NCBI GenBank assembly: GCA_002269645.1
Contig: NIVC01000415.1
Span: 186,001-250,000 of the forward strand
Reading direction: 5' to 3'
Length of the DNA: 64,000 bases
From: Macrostomum lignano
Taxonomy: Eukaryota
Position 1 is the stretch's first letter, and each line of letters opens with the position of its first letter. The notes beneath the pieces were generated by a model, which was given only the letters and a program-made list of their open reading frames with translations, did not search any database and was not told the DNA's origin. Below, one piece after another: positions 37,847 through 50,345 of this stretch. The translations under genes and the position numbers were made by a program.

Positions 37847-38739
37847 CGGTGCAGAAAATTTAGTTTCGAAAAATGCTATCCTGATTGAAAAAGAACCTAT
37901 ATACTCTACTCGATAGTTAGGCAGCAAGTAGCATAAAAAGAAAACATCTCACTTTCGTGATCGTTCTCTGAGAATCACGTCACTGCTTGATGCACTTTAA
38001 AAATCTTACAATATAGCTTTTAACGCTCGCAGTATCGCAATTTTCATGCATGGACGAATTTAATTTGGTACAAAAGCCGTCCCTGATCTTATGTGGAAAA
38101 TTTTAAGTACCTGTCTCATTAATGTAATTTTCTAAAAAAAGCATTGAGTTGCTCAGCCAAGCCCCACCCAGACGCAAGCTGGCTCATATCTTTATTGCAT
38201 TGTACCGCGCCACCAGACTTGATCAAGAAGCTTCTAAGGCCATTCATTCTACAGCGGTGCACACAGATACGAGTATGCTCCAAAGCCATGGTCTCATACA
38301 ATATACACTCATAATTTATCACTCCCTGCCAATGTAAGGCTATAGCATCTATTAATCATTTAGGGAATGGGAGACAGCACGAGTGCTATAAGAGATTGTG
38401 TGCAGGAAAATTTGTCAGACTTGTGCATTAGTAAGGCCAGGCGTGCTTGGTGCACAAGTACTTGAACGAGTGCACTTACTCTGTGCACCCTAGCTGTACT
38501 TTTTGTCCAACTAAATCCTGACCAGCATTGCAGGCAAACTAAAGAGCTACAATGCTATCAGATTCAGTGCGCTGGAAAGTGCGCTTCTTTGCGGCCAAAA
38601 TGAGAACGGCAATCAAAATATCCTGATTTCTCATGCACTTTTTCTTAGACACAGCACTATAACGCGTCATCTGTATTCGCTCCGCCAGCGCATGAAAGCG
38701 TGGTATAAGCTGCTAAACAAGCCTACGCAGTTGCAGTCT

Positions 38740-40748
38740 GGGGCGATGCTTACTGCAGTCTGGGGCGATTCTTACTACAGTCTGAAGCGATTATTACTAT
38801 AGTCTGTGGCGATTCTTACTGCAATCTGGGGCGATTCTTACTGCAGTCTGGGGTGATTCTTACTGCAGTCTGGGGCGATTCTTACTGCAGTCTGGGGCGA
38901 TTCTTACTGCAGTATGGGGCGATTCTTACTGCAGTCTTAGGCGATTATTACTGCAGTCTGAGGCGATGCTTACTGCAGTCTGAGGCGATTCTTACTGCAG
39001 TCTGAGGCGATGCTTACTGCAGTCGGAGGCGATGCTTACTGCAGTCTGAGGCGATGCTTACTGCAGTCGGAGGCGATTCTTACTGCAGTCGGAGGCGATT
39101 CTTACTGCAGTCGGAGGCGATTCTTACTGCAGTCGGAGGCGATTCTTACTGCAGTCTGGGGCGATTCTTACTGCAGTCTGGGGCGATTCTTACTGCAGTC
39201 TGGGGCGATTCTTACTGCAGTCTGGGGCGATTCTTACTGCAGTCTGAGGCGATTCTTACTGCAGTCTGAGGCGATGCTTACTGCAGTCGGAGGCGATGCT
39301 TACTGCAGTCTGAGGCGATTCTTACTGCAGTCTGAGGCGATGCTTACTGCAGTCGGAGGCGATTCTTACTGCAGTCTTAGGCAATTCTTACTGCAGTCTT
39401 AGGCAATTCTTACTATAGTCTGGGGCGATTCTTACTGTAGTCAGTGGCGATTCTTACTGCAGTCTGGGGCGATTCTTACTGCAGTCTGGGGCGATTCTTA
39501 CTGCAGTCTGGGGCGATTCTTACTGCAGTCTGGGGCGATTCTTACTGCAGTCTGAGGCGATGCTTACTGCAGTCGGAGGCGATTCTTACTATAGTCTGGG
39601 GCGATTCTTACTGTAGTCAGTGGCGATTCTTACTGCAGTCTGGGGCGATTCTTACTGCAGTCTGGGGCGATTCTTACTATAGTCTGAGGCGATTCTTACT
39701 GCAGTCTGGGGCGATTCTTACTGCAGTCTGGGGCAATTCTTACTGCAGTCTTAGGCAATTCTTACTGCAGTCTTAGGCAATTCTTACTGCAGTCTGGGGC
39801 GATTCTTACTGCAGTCTGGGGCGATTCTTACTGCAGTCTTAGGCAATTCTTACTGCAGTCTTAGGCAATTCTTACTGCAGTCTGGGGCGATTCTTACTGC
39901 AATCTGGGGCGATTCTTACTGCAGTCTGGGGCGATTCTTACTGCAGTCTGGGGCGATTCTTACTGCAGTCTGGGGCGATTATTACTATAGTCTGAGGCGA
40001 TTCTTACTGCAGTCTGGGGCGATTCTTACTGCAGTCTGGGGCAATTCTTACTGCAGTCTGGGGCGATTCTTACTGCAGTCTGGGGCGATTCTTACTGCAG
40101 TCGGAGGCGATTCTTACTGCAGTCTGGTGCGATTCTTACTGCAGTCGGAGGCGATTCTTACTATAGTCTGGGGCGATTCTTACTGTAGTCAGTGGCGATT
40201 CTTACTGCAGTCTGGGGCGATTCTTACTGCAGTCTGGGGCGATTCTTACTGCAGTCTGAGGCGATTCTTACTGCAGTCTGGGGCGATTCTTACTGCAGTC
40301 TGGGGCGATTCTTACTGCAGTCTGAGGTGATGCTTACTGCAGTCGGAGGCGATTCTTACTATAGTCTGGGGCGATTCTTACTGTAGTCAGTGGCGATTCT
40401 TACTGCAGTCTGGGGCGATTCTTACTGCAGTCTGGGGCGATTCTTACTGCAGTCTGGGGCGATTCTTACTGCAGTCTGGGGCGATTCTTACTGCAATCTG
40501 GGGCGATTTTTACTGCAGTCTGGGGCGATTCTTACTGCAGTCTGGGGCGATTCTTACTGCAGTCTGGGGCGATTATTACTATAGTCTGAGGCGATTCTTA
40601 CTGCAGTCTGGGGCGATTCTTACTGCAGTCTGGGGCGATTATTACTATAGTCTGAGGCGATTCTACTGCAGTCTGGGGCGATTCTTACTGCAGTCTGGGG
40701 CGATTCTTACTGCAGTCTGGGGCGATTCTTACTGCAGTCTGGGGCGAT
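38740..40748. repeat. 22-bp minisatellite, about 90 copies (GGGCGATTCTTACTGCAGTCTG)
   Basis: Direct reading; 22-aa period in the ORFs. Confidence 0.97.
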
Positions 40749-41631
40749 ATTGAGCGACAAACAACAAAATAAAATCATAAAAATTCAATGTAAAACTTAT
40801 TAAGCGGTAAAGGCCTTACAAAGGATTTAATTCGATTTGATTTTCAACACTATATAATAATATAAATATCTGCTAAATGAAAAAGCTTTTTTGTACTCTA
40901 ATAGCCTCAAGTATAATTAAAACAATAAGAAACTGATTATCAATGTAACGTGTGAGTGTCAGGCTGTCAGCATAAGGCGCGGTTAGGGTTCTTCACATAC
41001 CATATAGTCATGAGCTGCTTTGTTAAAGTTTTCTTTTTAAATTAACAACAGATAAAGCCCAGGAACTCGACAAAAAAGGCGATTAGAACTAAGATTCGAT
41101 GAATAGGGCTATAATAATAATAATAATATTATTAATAATAATGATAATAAAAGAATAGTAATGATAATAATAGTCCTCTATAATTCCAATTTCGTATCGC
41201 AGGTGTGAAGGACAGAGAATGAAGACACAGAAGGACAAAGATGGGATTGAGTTTGGTTTAAACTTCCGAATAAATACAGGACTCACTTCTTAGATAGAAA
41301 TTTCAACGACTAAACCCCCTAACATAAGGGAAATTGCGTCTCTGACCAATAATCAAGCAGCTCTGCAGGGGGCAAAGCACACAAGAAGAGCCGCTTGAAA
41401 GCGGATTAAAGACGCTCGCGGTTGCCTCTTTGGGCTAGCTGAGGCTGAGGCGCTTAAAGGATGTCGTCTTCATCAATGCGAAATCCTAGGGGAAATCAAC
41501 AATCCTAGAGGAGCGTTTCCGACTCACGTTTTTTGTCACCTTTGCAACACAAATTGCCAGGTAGCAACGCCAGAGCCTTGTGCGGGTTCTAAGCCCGATG
41601 CTAAGCTAGTGCGCAGTTTTGTGTTGTGCTC

Positions 41632-43272
41632 AGATGAGCAGTCACACATCTCAACCTGAGCAGTCACACATTTCAACCTCAGCAGTCACCCATTTCAATC
41701 TGAGCATTCACACATCTCAACCTATTTCAACACATTTCAGACACACAGACACAGAGCAGACACACATTTCAACCTGGGCAGTCACACATCTCAATCTGAG
41801 CAGTCACACATCTCAATCTGAGCAGTCACGCATCTCAATCTGAGCAGTCACACATTTCAACCTGATCGATCACGCATCTCAATCTGAGCAGTCACACATC
41901 TCAATCTGAGCAGTCACACATCTCAATCTGAGCAGTCACGCATCTCAATCTGAGCAGTCACGCATCTCAACCTGAGCAGTCACACATCTCAATCTGATCA
42001 GTCACACATCTCAATCAGTTACACATCTTAACCTGGGCATTCACACATCTCAACCTGAGCAGTCACACATCTCAACCTGAGCAGTCACACATTTCAACCT
42101 GAGCAGTCACACATCTCAAACTGGGCAGTCACACATCTCAACCTGAGCAGTCACACATCTCAAACTGGGCAGTCACACATCTCAACCTGAGCAGTCACAC
42201 ATCTCAACCTGAGCAGTCACTCATCTCAACCTGAGCAGTCACACATCTCAACCTGAGCAGTCACACATCTCAACCTGAGCAGTCACACATCTTAAACTGG
42301 GCAGTCACACATCTCAACCTGAGCAGTCACACATCTCAACCTGATCGATCACGCATCTCAATCTGAGCAGTCACACATCTCAACCTGAGCAGTCACGCAT
42401 CTCAACCTGATCAGTCACACATCTCAATCTGATCAGTCACACATCTCAATCAGTTACACATCTTAACCTGGGCATTCACACATCTCAATCTGAGCAGTCA
42501 CACATCTCAATCTGAGCAGTCACACATTTCAACCTGATCGATCACGCATCTCAATCTGAGCAGTCACACATCTCAATCTGAGCAGTCACGCATCTCAACC
42601 TGAGCAGTCACACATCTCAATCTGATCAGTCACACATCTCAATCAGTTACACATCTTAACCTGGGCATTCACACATCTCAACCTGAGCAGTCACACATCT
42701 CAACCTGAGCAGTCACACATCTCAACCTGAGCAGTCACACATCTCAAACTGGGCAGTCACACATCTCAACCTGAGCAGTCACACATCTCAACCTGATCGA
42801 TCACGCATCTCAACCTGAGCAGTCACACATCTCAATCTGAGCAGTCACACATTTCAACCTGATCGATCACGCATCTCAATCTGAGCAGTCACACATCTCA
42901 ATCTGAGCAGTCACACATTTCAACCTGAGCAGTCACACATTTCAACCTGAGCAGTCACCCATTTCAACCTGAGCAGTCACCCATTTCAACCTGAGCAGTC
43001 ACACATTTCAACCTGATCGATCACGCATCCCAATCTGAGCAGTCACACATCTCAATCTGAGCAGTCACACATCTCAACCTGAGCAGTCACACATCTCAAT
43101 CTGAGCAGTCACACATCTCAACCTGAGCAGTCACACATCTCAATCTGATCAGTCACACATCCAAATCTGAGCAGTCATACATCTCAACCTGAGCAGTCAC
43201 ACATGTCAACCTGAGCAGTCACACATTTCATCCTGAGCAGTCACACATCTCAATCAGTCACACATCTCAATC
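41632..43272. repeat. 22-bp minisatellite, about 74 copies (CTGAGCAGTCACACATCTCAAC)
   Basis: Direct reading. Confidence 0.97.
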
Positions 43273-43701
43273 TTATAGCTCATGTAATAGAGCCTCCTTA
43301 AAAATTAAACAAAAGATAAAAAAATGAAGGTTACTTTCAATAGACTGAATGCCTAAAAGCCGAGCACATATAGCATCAAAAATGTCGTGTTTAGCTAGTC
43401 TCTAGAGTTAGAAAATATCTCTAAAGTTAGCGGAAAAAACAATTATAAAAATACTATTCACGCGCTTAAAAAAGCTATTAACACACAGCAAAGAAAGAGA
43501 AAAACAAACGTAAAAAGGAAAATAGGTAAGAAGCAGACAGTGAAGTGTTTAGCAACCCAAAATAACACAGAAACAGCTGTTGTTGACGGCAAAAAGCGAC
43601 TGATTCAGCAATTATCATTTAATAGTACATCTATATGGAATATTTCATAAATAATTGCTGGAATAAGTATGAAAGAGGCGATTGTCTAGTTGAGAGCAAG
43701 T

Positions 43702-44312
43702 GGGCGATTCTCTAAATTAGGGGGGGAGGGCGGAAGGGCAATTCTCTAAATTAGGGGGGGGGCGGAAGGGCGATTCTCTAAATTAGGGGGGGGCGGAAGG
43801 GCGATTCTCTAAATTAGGGGGGGGGCGGAAGGGCGATTCTCTAAATTAGGGGGGGGGCGGAAGGGCGATTCTCTAAATTAGGGGGGGGCGGAAGGGCGAT
43901 TCTCTAAATTAGGGGGGGGGCGGAAGGGCGATTCTCTAAATTAGGGGGGGGCGGAAGGGCGATTCTCTAAATTAGGGGGGGGGCGGGCGGAAGGGCGATT
44001 CTCTAAATTAGGGGGGGGAGGGCGGAAGGGCAATTCTCTAAATTAGGAGGGGGGCGGAAGGGCGATTCTCTAAATTAGGGGGGGGGGGGAAGGGCGATTC
44101 TCTAAATTAGGGGGGGGGAGGGCGGAAGGGCAATTCTCTAAATTAGGGGGGGGGCGGAAGGGCGATTCTCTAAATTAGGGGGGGGCGGAAGGGCGATTCT
44201 CTAAATTAGGGGGGGGGGCGGGCGGAAGGGCGATTCTCTAAATTAGGGGGGGAGGGCGGAAGGGCAATTCTCTAAATTAGGGGGGGGGGCGGAAGGGCGA
44301 TTCTCTAAATTA
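43702..44312. repeat. ~31-37-bp G-rich minisatellite (GGGCGATTCTCTAAATTAG-polyG-CGGAA)
   Basis: Direct reading; unit length varies with the G run. Confidence 0.95.
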
Positions 44313-44444
44313 TCTTTAGTTGTTAAAAAAAACAGTATGTCATTGGTAGACTGGCACTGGGCACCTCGGCTATATTGAGAAGATGTTCAAATATCTGTTG
44401 GATTATCAAACCTATGAGTCAGTTTCAATCATACTAATAAATCA

Positions 44445-45158
44445 TTAATCTCCGGGAAACAGCCTCAGCAGAGTCTGCCACACAGAATTAGCCGGCCTGC
44501 TGGCATCGATTCGCTTCAACAAGCCCAGCCGCTCGTAGCGCTGCAGCACAGGCGCGCTGGACTCGAAGTGACTGGCCAGCCTCCGCTGCATCACGTCCGG
44601 AAAGTCGTCCGGCCGCATAGCCAGCGGTTCGCCAGTCTCGTTGTCGTGTCCGGGACGCTTGGGCGGACTGAACCGGTGATGATAGACCCGGCCGCTGGGC
44701 AGGTGGTACAGCCGGCCGGTCACTCGCTCGGCCGCCAGCTCGGGGCTCAGGTCCAGCTGCACCACAGCGTCCAACTGGCGACTCCGCTCGGCCAGCATCG
44801 AGTCCAGTCGTTCGGCTTGGCCAATTGTCCGAGGAAATCCGTCCAGTACGAAACCGGCCGAGCACTGAGGCCGGTCCAGGTCTCTGCTGACCAGATCGGA
44901 CACGAGTTTGTCGTCAACTAGGCGACCCTGTTCAGTCTGCAGTTTCACGCTGCCATTGTTGGACATACCGCGCAAAACGGCTCCAATGTCCACGTGGCAG
45001 AGGCCGAATCGTTCCGCTAGCCGGCGGGATTGAGCTCCTTTCCCGGAGCCGGGCGGCCCGATCAGGGCTACGCCGATGTGCTGCCGCGGCTTTGAAGGTG
45101 TCGACTGTTCAGCCTGAGGCTGCGGCGGCTGGTTAACATCGGCGCCTTCAACTGTCAT
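44445..45158 (-). CDS. AK2: Intronless adenylate kinase, AK2-like and divergent
   Basis: P-loop GPPGSGKG, GFVLDGFPRT, long LID RLYHLPSGRVYH...GEPL..RPDD. Orthology versus paralogy to AK2 is not established. Confidence 0.8.
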   Translation of the reverse strand: MTVEGADVNQPPQPQAEQSTPSKPRQHIGVALIGPPGSGKGAQSRRLAERFGLCHVDIGAVLRGMSNNGSVKLQTEQGRLVDDKLVSDLVSRDLDRPQCSAGFVLDGFPRTIGQAERLDSMLAERSRQLDAVVQLDLSPELAAERVTGRLYHLPSGRVYHHRFSPPKRPGHDNETGEPLAMRPDDFPDVMQRRLASHFESSAPVLQRYERLGLLKRIDASRPANSVWQTLLRLFPGD

Positions 45159-45261
45159 GTCTGGCTGAAATTTATTGCATATAAGACCGTTGAAGGTCTG
45201 TCAACTCATTAATGATTCATTTGCGTCTGCACAAGTAGCGATTCATAAGGATGAATTGAGT

Positions 45262-46115
45262 GAGGCGACTCTCTGAGTGAAAGGAGATTCTCTGAGTGAA
45301 AGACGATTCTCTGAGTGAAAGGCGATTCTCTAAGTGAAAGGCGATACTCTGAGTGAAAGGAGATTCTCTGAGTGAAAGGCGATTCTCTAAGTGAAAGGCG
45401 ATACTCTGAGTGAAAGGAGATTCTCTGAGTGAAAGGCGATTCTCTGAGTGAATGGCGATTCTCTGAGTGAAAGGAGATTCTCTGAGTGAAAGGCGATTCT
45501 CTGAGTGAAAGGAGATTCTCTGAGTGAAAGGAGATTCTCTGAGTGAAAGGCGATTCTCTGAGTGAAAGGCGATTCTCTGAGTGAAAGGCGATTCTCTGAG
45601 TGAAAGGAGATTCTCTGAGTGAAAGGAGATTCTCTGAGTGAAAGGAGATTCTCTGAGTGAAAGGAGATTCTCTGAGTGAAAGGCGATTCTCTGAGTGAAA
45701 GGCGATTCTCTGAGTGAATGGCGATTCTCTGAGTGAAAGGCGATTCTCTGAGTGAAAGGCGATTCTCTGAGTGAAAGGCGATTCTCTGAGTGAATGGCGA
45801 TTCTCTGAGTGAAAGGAGATTCTCTGAGTGAATGGCGATTCTCTGAGTGAAAGGAGATTCTCTGAGTGAAAGGCGATTCTCTAAGTGAAAGGCGATTCTC
45901 TGAGTGAAAGGAGATTCTCTGAGTGAAAGGCGATTCTCTGAGTGAATGGCGATTCTCTGAGTGAAAGGCGATTCTCTGAGTGAATGGCGATTCTCTGAGT
46001 GAAAGGCGATTCTCTGAGTGAAAGGCGATTCTCTGAGTGAAAGGAGATTCTCTGAGTGAAAGGCGATTCTCTGAGTGAAAGGCGATTCTCTGAGTGAAAG
46101 GCGATTCTCTAAGTA
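45262..46115. repeat. 19-bp minisatellite, about 45 copies (GGCGATTCTCTGAGTGAAA)
   Basis: Direct reading; 19-aa period in the ORF. Confidence 0.97.
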
Positions 46116-46249
46116 AAAGGAGACATTCATTAAAGTGCGATTAAAGTTAGAATCTTAGATATAGTTGAGACTGATATTTAAAGATAAGCATAGCAGACGA
46201 TTGTTATATAATTTTTTCACGAAAATTGACTGTCACAATTCAACTACCG

Positions 46250-46940
46250 AACCCAATCCTTAAACCTAAACTCTAACACACTAAATCATAAACCTAAACC
46301 CCAAACCTAAACCAAAACTCTAAACCTTATACGTAAATCTTAACATAAACCCTAACCTTAAACGGCAACCCCAAACCCTAAATCCTGAACCGTAATCCAA
46401 AAACCCTAACCTAAATTTAGCCCTAAATGATGGCAGACCCTAGCCTAAATCCTAACCTAAACCTTAAACTTAAACCTTTAACATAAATCTTAAACCTAAG
46501 ACCTAAACCATAACCTAAACGGCAACCCCAAACCCTAAATCCTGAACCGTAATCCAAAAACCCTTACCTAAATTTAGCCCTAAATGATGGCAGACCCTAG
46601 CCTAAATCCTAACCTAAACCTTAAACTTAAACCTTTAACATAAATCTTAAACCTAAGACCTAAACCATAACCTAAACGGCAACCCCAAACCCTAAATCCT
46701 GAACCGTAATCCAAAAACCCTAACCTAAATTTAACCCTAAACGACAGCAGACCCTAGCCTAAATCCTAACCTAAACCTTAAACATAAATCTTAAACCTAA
46801 AACCTAAACCATAACCCTCAACGGCAAACCCAACCCTAAATCCTGAACCGTAATCCAAAAACCCTTACCTAAATTTAACCCTAAATGATAGCAGACCCTA
46901 GTCTAAACCCTAACCTAAAGCCCAACGTTAACGTAAATCT
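46250..46940. repeat. Degenerate telomere-like (CCTAAM) tract organised as a ~157-bp repeat, about 4 copies
   Basis: The marker AACGGCAA recurs at 46361, 46518, 46675 and 46820. The tract is built from CCTAAC/CCTAAA hexamers. Confidence 0.85.
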
Positions 46941-47869
46941 TAAGGCGGTAGGAAATTGTCGCGTCTCCTGTTAGAGAACAATCGCCAGACGCGCGTTATC
47001 TTAACTAGAATGAGAAAGAAGGTTAGAAAAATTTCCGCAAGTCTGTCTGGGACCCTGGGCCTGTAAAATTCAGTGGGGTTTTTTTCAAGCCGGCTGAGTC
47101 GCGAAGATAAAGCGAATATGATCCTGGTTTTTTTCTAGGAGTCTTAAAATACGAGGCATATCTAACTCAAGCGGATTACTAGTTAAAGTGCACCTGTGCC
47201 AGTACCTACGCCAGAGATGTATAGGTATAATTAATTTCCCAAGGGAGATCGAATCACGTTTAATTAACGCTGACTAGCCCTAGCTTTGCTTATTTAGGTG
47301 GCTAATTTATGTAATTTGAATTTGACAGCTGCTTCAGCCATGGTGTTTAGAATTTTTTCTTCAAGAGATCTTTAAAGGGATTTCTTCCGTGAATTATTAA
47401 GGAGTTCAACGTCAAAAGGAAGATATATTTCATTCCGCTAGTCCGATAATTTAAAAGCAAGGTAAAGTAAAATGAGATGATGGACGGAGACTGAAGACAC
47501 GGGATTAAGGATTATCTTGAGCTGCCGGAGAGCGGTTTGCCAGTGCGAATACACCGAACCAAGAAATGCTTGGACATTTCTATAGCGACTTTACTTATCT
47601 CTAATGAGGCGAGCCATGGCTCTCTCTCAGAGAACATGATTAACCAGAACTTACTGTTAGCCCTCCATTGGAATAGGCAGCAGATGAAGTAAAGGAATAA
47701 AAATTCTCTAAAAAATTCACAAGTAAAAAGCCCTTCACGCTCGTACAGTCACTACTGTTAGATTCTTAGTTATTATGATTAAATATAACACCTGATATCG
47801 TGCTTGCTATTTGGGGAGATGCTTTCGATATAGGGGGAATGCCTGTTATGTTTGTGAGGGTTTAATTAT

Positions 47870-48175
47870 TGCCTGCTATCTGGGGGATGCTTGCTATCTG
47901 GGGATGATTGCTATCTGGGGGATGCTTGCGGTCTGGGGGATGCTTGCTATCTGGGGGATGCTTGCTATCTGGGGGATGCTTGCTACCTGGGGGATGCTTG
48001 CTATCTGGGGGATGCTTGCTATCGGGGAAGCTTGCTATCGGGGGATGCTTGCTAGCTGGGGGATGCTTGCTATCGGGGGAAGCTTGCTATCGGGGGATGC
48101 TTGCTAGCTGGGGGATGCTTGCTATCTGGGGGATGCTTGCTATCTGGGGGAAGCTTGCGGTCTGGGGATGCTTTC
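47870..48175. repeat. 18-bp minisatellite (CTATCTGGGGGATGCTTG)
   Basis: Direct reading. Confidence 0.95.
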
Positions 48176-48761
48176 GATTTAGGGGAAATGTCTGTTATCT
48201 TTTGTGAGGGCTTTATTTTATTGTGTTCGTTTGTTACTTTTAGAAGCAAGAGATTCATAGCAAGCATCTTTGTCGATAACAATTTACTCGAATAAGATGA
48301 TTCATAAAACTAAAGAAGGAATTAATTGGTTGTTAAGAAAATGTGCTTTTTTAATGGATTTGCATGAATTATTTTTGCTCCTTGCATATTGGCACCCCGA
48401 AGGGGGCACTAAAAATTGCTACTTTACACCTAATATCAAGCTTTAAAGTGACATACTGATATTCTTATAAACGCCAATATTTTCAAACATTTTGGAGGCT
48501 AGTTGACACCGCCACGAACTGAGTACATCAAATTAGACGACTGATGTAAAAAAGTTATTTTCTATTAATAGTTTCCACATTGTCTTTCACAAAATCCTTT
48601 TTATTTGATTGAAAATTGGGATCTCGTCTATTTTTGCCCGTAGAGCAATTAAAAGGTACTCAGTCAAGCGGATCAGAAAATAGAGCACTAGTCGTAGTCC
48701 GCGCAAGGTCGATAATAAGCCTTTGAGACGAAAATACGGACTTGGTTAAGCATGACTACCT

Positions 48762-49432
48762 AAGCTACTCAGAAACTGGCTGAGCTACTCAGAAACTGGC
48801 TGAGCTACTCAGAAACCGACTGAGCTACTCAGAAACCGACTGAGCTACTCAGAAACCGGGTATCGGGTAGATTGGGTAGGGTTCGGGTAGATTGGGTAGG
48901 GTTCAGGTAGATTGGGTAGGGTTCGGGTAGATTGGGTAGGGTTCAGGTAGATTGGGTAGGGTTCGGGTAGATTGGGTAGGGTTCAGTAGGTATCGGGTAG
49001 ATTGGGTAGGGTTCAGGTAGATTGGGTAGGTATCGGGTAGATTGGGTAGGGTTCGGGTAGATTGGGTAGGTATCGGGTAGATTGGGTAGGGTTCGGGTAG
49101 ATTGGGTAGGGTTCGGGTAGATTGGGTAGGTATCGGGTAGATTGGGTAGTTTTCAGGTAGATTGGGTAGGTATCGGGTAGATTGGGTAGGTATCGGGTAG
49201 ATTGGGTAGGTATCGGGTAGATTGGGTAGGGTTCAGGTAGATTGGGTAGGGTTCAGGTAGATTGGGTAGGGTTCAGGTAGATTGGGTAGGGTTCAGGTAG
49301 ATTGGGTAGGGTTCAGGTAGATTGGGTAGGGTTCAGGTAGATTGGGTAGGGTTCAGGTAGATTGGGTAGGGTTCAGGTAGATTGGGTAGGGCTCGGATAG
49401 ATCGGGTAGGGATCGGGTAAATTGGGTGGGTG
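48762..49432. repeat. Two abutting 20-bp minisatellites: AGCTACTCAGAAACTGGCTG (about 5 copies), then GGGTAGATTGGGTAGGGTTC (about 28 copies)
   Basis: Direct reading; the switch is at about 48860. Confidence 0.95.
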
Positions 49433-50138
49433 GAGCAGATTGCGTTGGAATTTAGAATCTTGCTTGGATAGGCAATACTCAAGAGATACGTATTGCACAG
49501 CTATGAATATATTAAAAAGGCCATATAACTGAATTCCAATAGTAATTATTAGCAGCAGAATCTGAGCTTCGGAAGCGCCATTGAGGATAGGGTTGGATAA
49601 AAATGCGATTTATTATTAGTAAGGTACATGTACAATGTAGGGCGAGTGCGGGCGCACTTCCCGCCTGGGGTGGGGCAGTCCTTATTCAGGGACTTCTGTA
49701 TCGACCTGGACTCTGGAGGCTGAATACGATTTACGCAGGAAAAGTTTTTAATATTTTTAAAAGCATTGTACTCTACGTTTAAGGACTATGGGGTCGTACT
49801 ATAAAGCTGTCGTAGCGTAGATTGGATCGTCCGTCAGAACTTTTATCTTACGATGGCTTTATAGAACGGGCTCTATATATCCTTCTTCATTTCTTCATCC
49901 ATGCTGCTTTCAAGGGCTCTGTTTTGATGTAGATTTAACAAGTCAACATGTCTGCTTGTTGCGTGCGGTCAGCCTACTCTGTGGAATGTCTATGGTGGAG
50001 ACTGTCTATGGGAAATCCTCACCTAACATGCTATTTGGTAACTGTAACGCAAAATTTTTAGATAAGGTTGGTCGCTTCAGTTCAAGCATACGTATCTAAA
50101 CGTAACGTTAAGAATATAAAATAATGCATAGACTATTG

Positions 50139-50345
50139 AGGGGTTAGCCTGTGGTTGGAGCGTCGGACTCACGACTCGAAGGTCGGGGGTTCGATTCTCG
50201 ACCCAATCGGAACAATTTGTGTCCTTGAGCAAGGCACTTAACTCTGCATTGCTTCAGTTCACCCAGCTGTAAAATGGGTGCCAGCATTAGCTGGGGTAAT
50301 TGAGGCTGTGTGGCGACCCCCATCCCAGATTGTTTAAAATTTCGA
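50139..50345 (+). mobile_element. tRNA-derived SINE with a CORE (MIR-like) central domain
   Basis: A-box-like TAGCCTGTGGTTGG and B-box GGTTCGATTC are followed by GTGTCCTTGAGCAAGGCACTTAACTC...CTTCAGTT...CTGTAAAATGGG, which resembles the recalled CORE-SINE consensus. Confidence 0.8.

Noticed and set aside
38119-38740. Short open frames and splice-like sites between the 20-bp and 22-bp arrays
   Set aside because: Signals occur on both strands with no consistent model or homology.
46250-46940. True telomere or chromosome-fusion site
   Set aside because: The hexamers are degenerate, lie on one strand only, are arranged in a 157-bp unit and are flanked by ordinary sequence.
47490-47700. ~64-codon ATG-less open frame (DYLELPESGLPVR...)
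   Set aside because: No start, splice support or recognisable motif.
50139-50215. Intact tRNA gene
   Set aside because: It has A/B boxes but no complete acceptor stem and runs straight into a SINE core.
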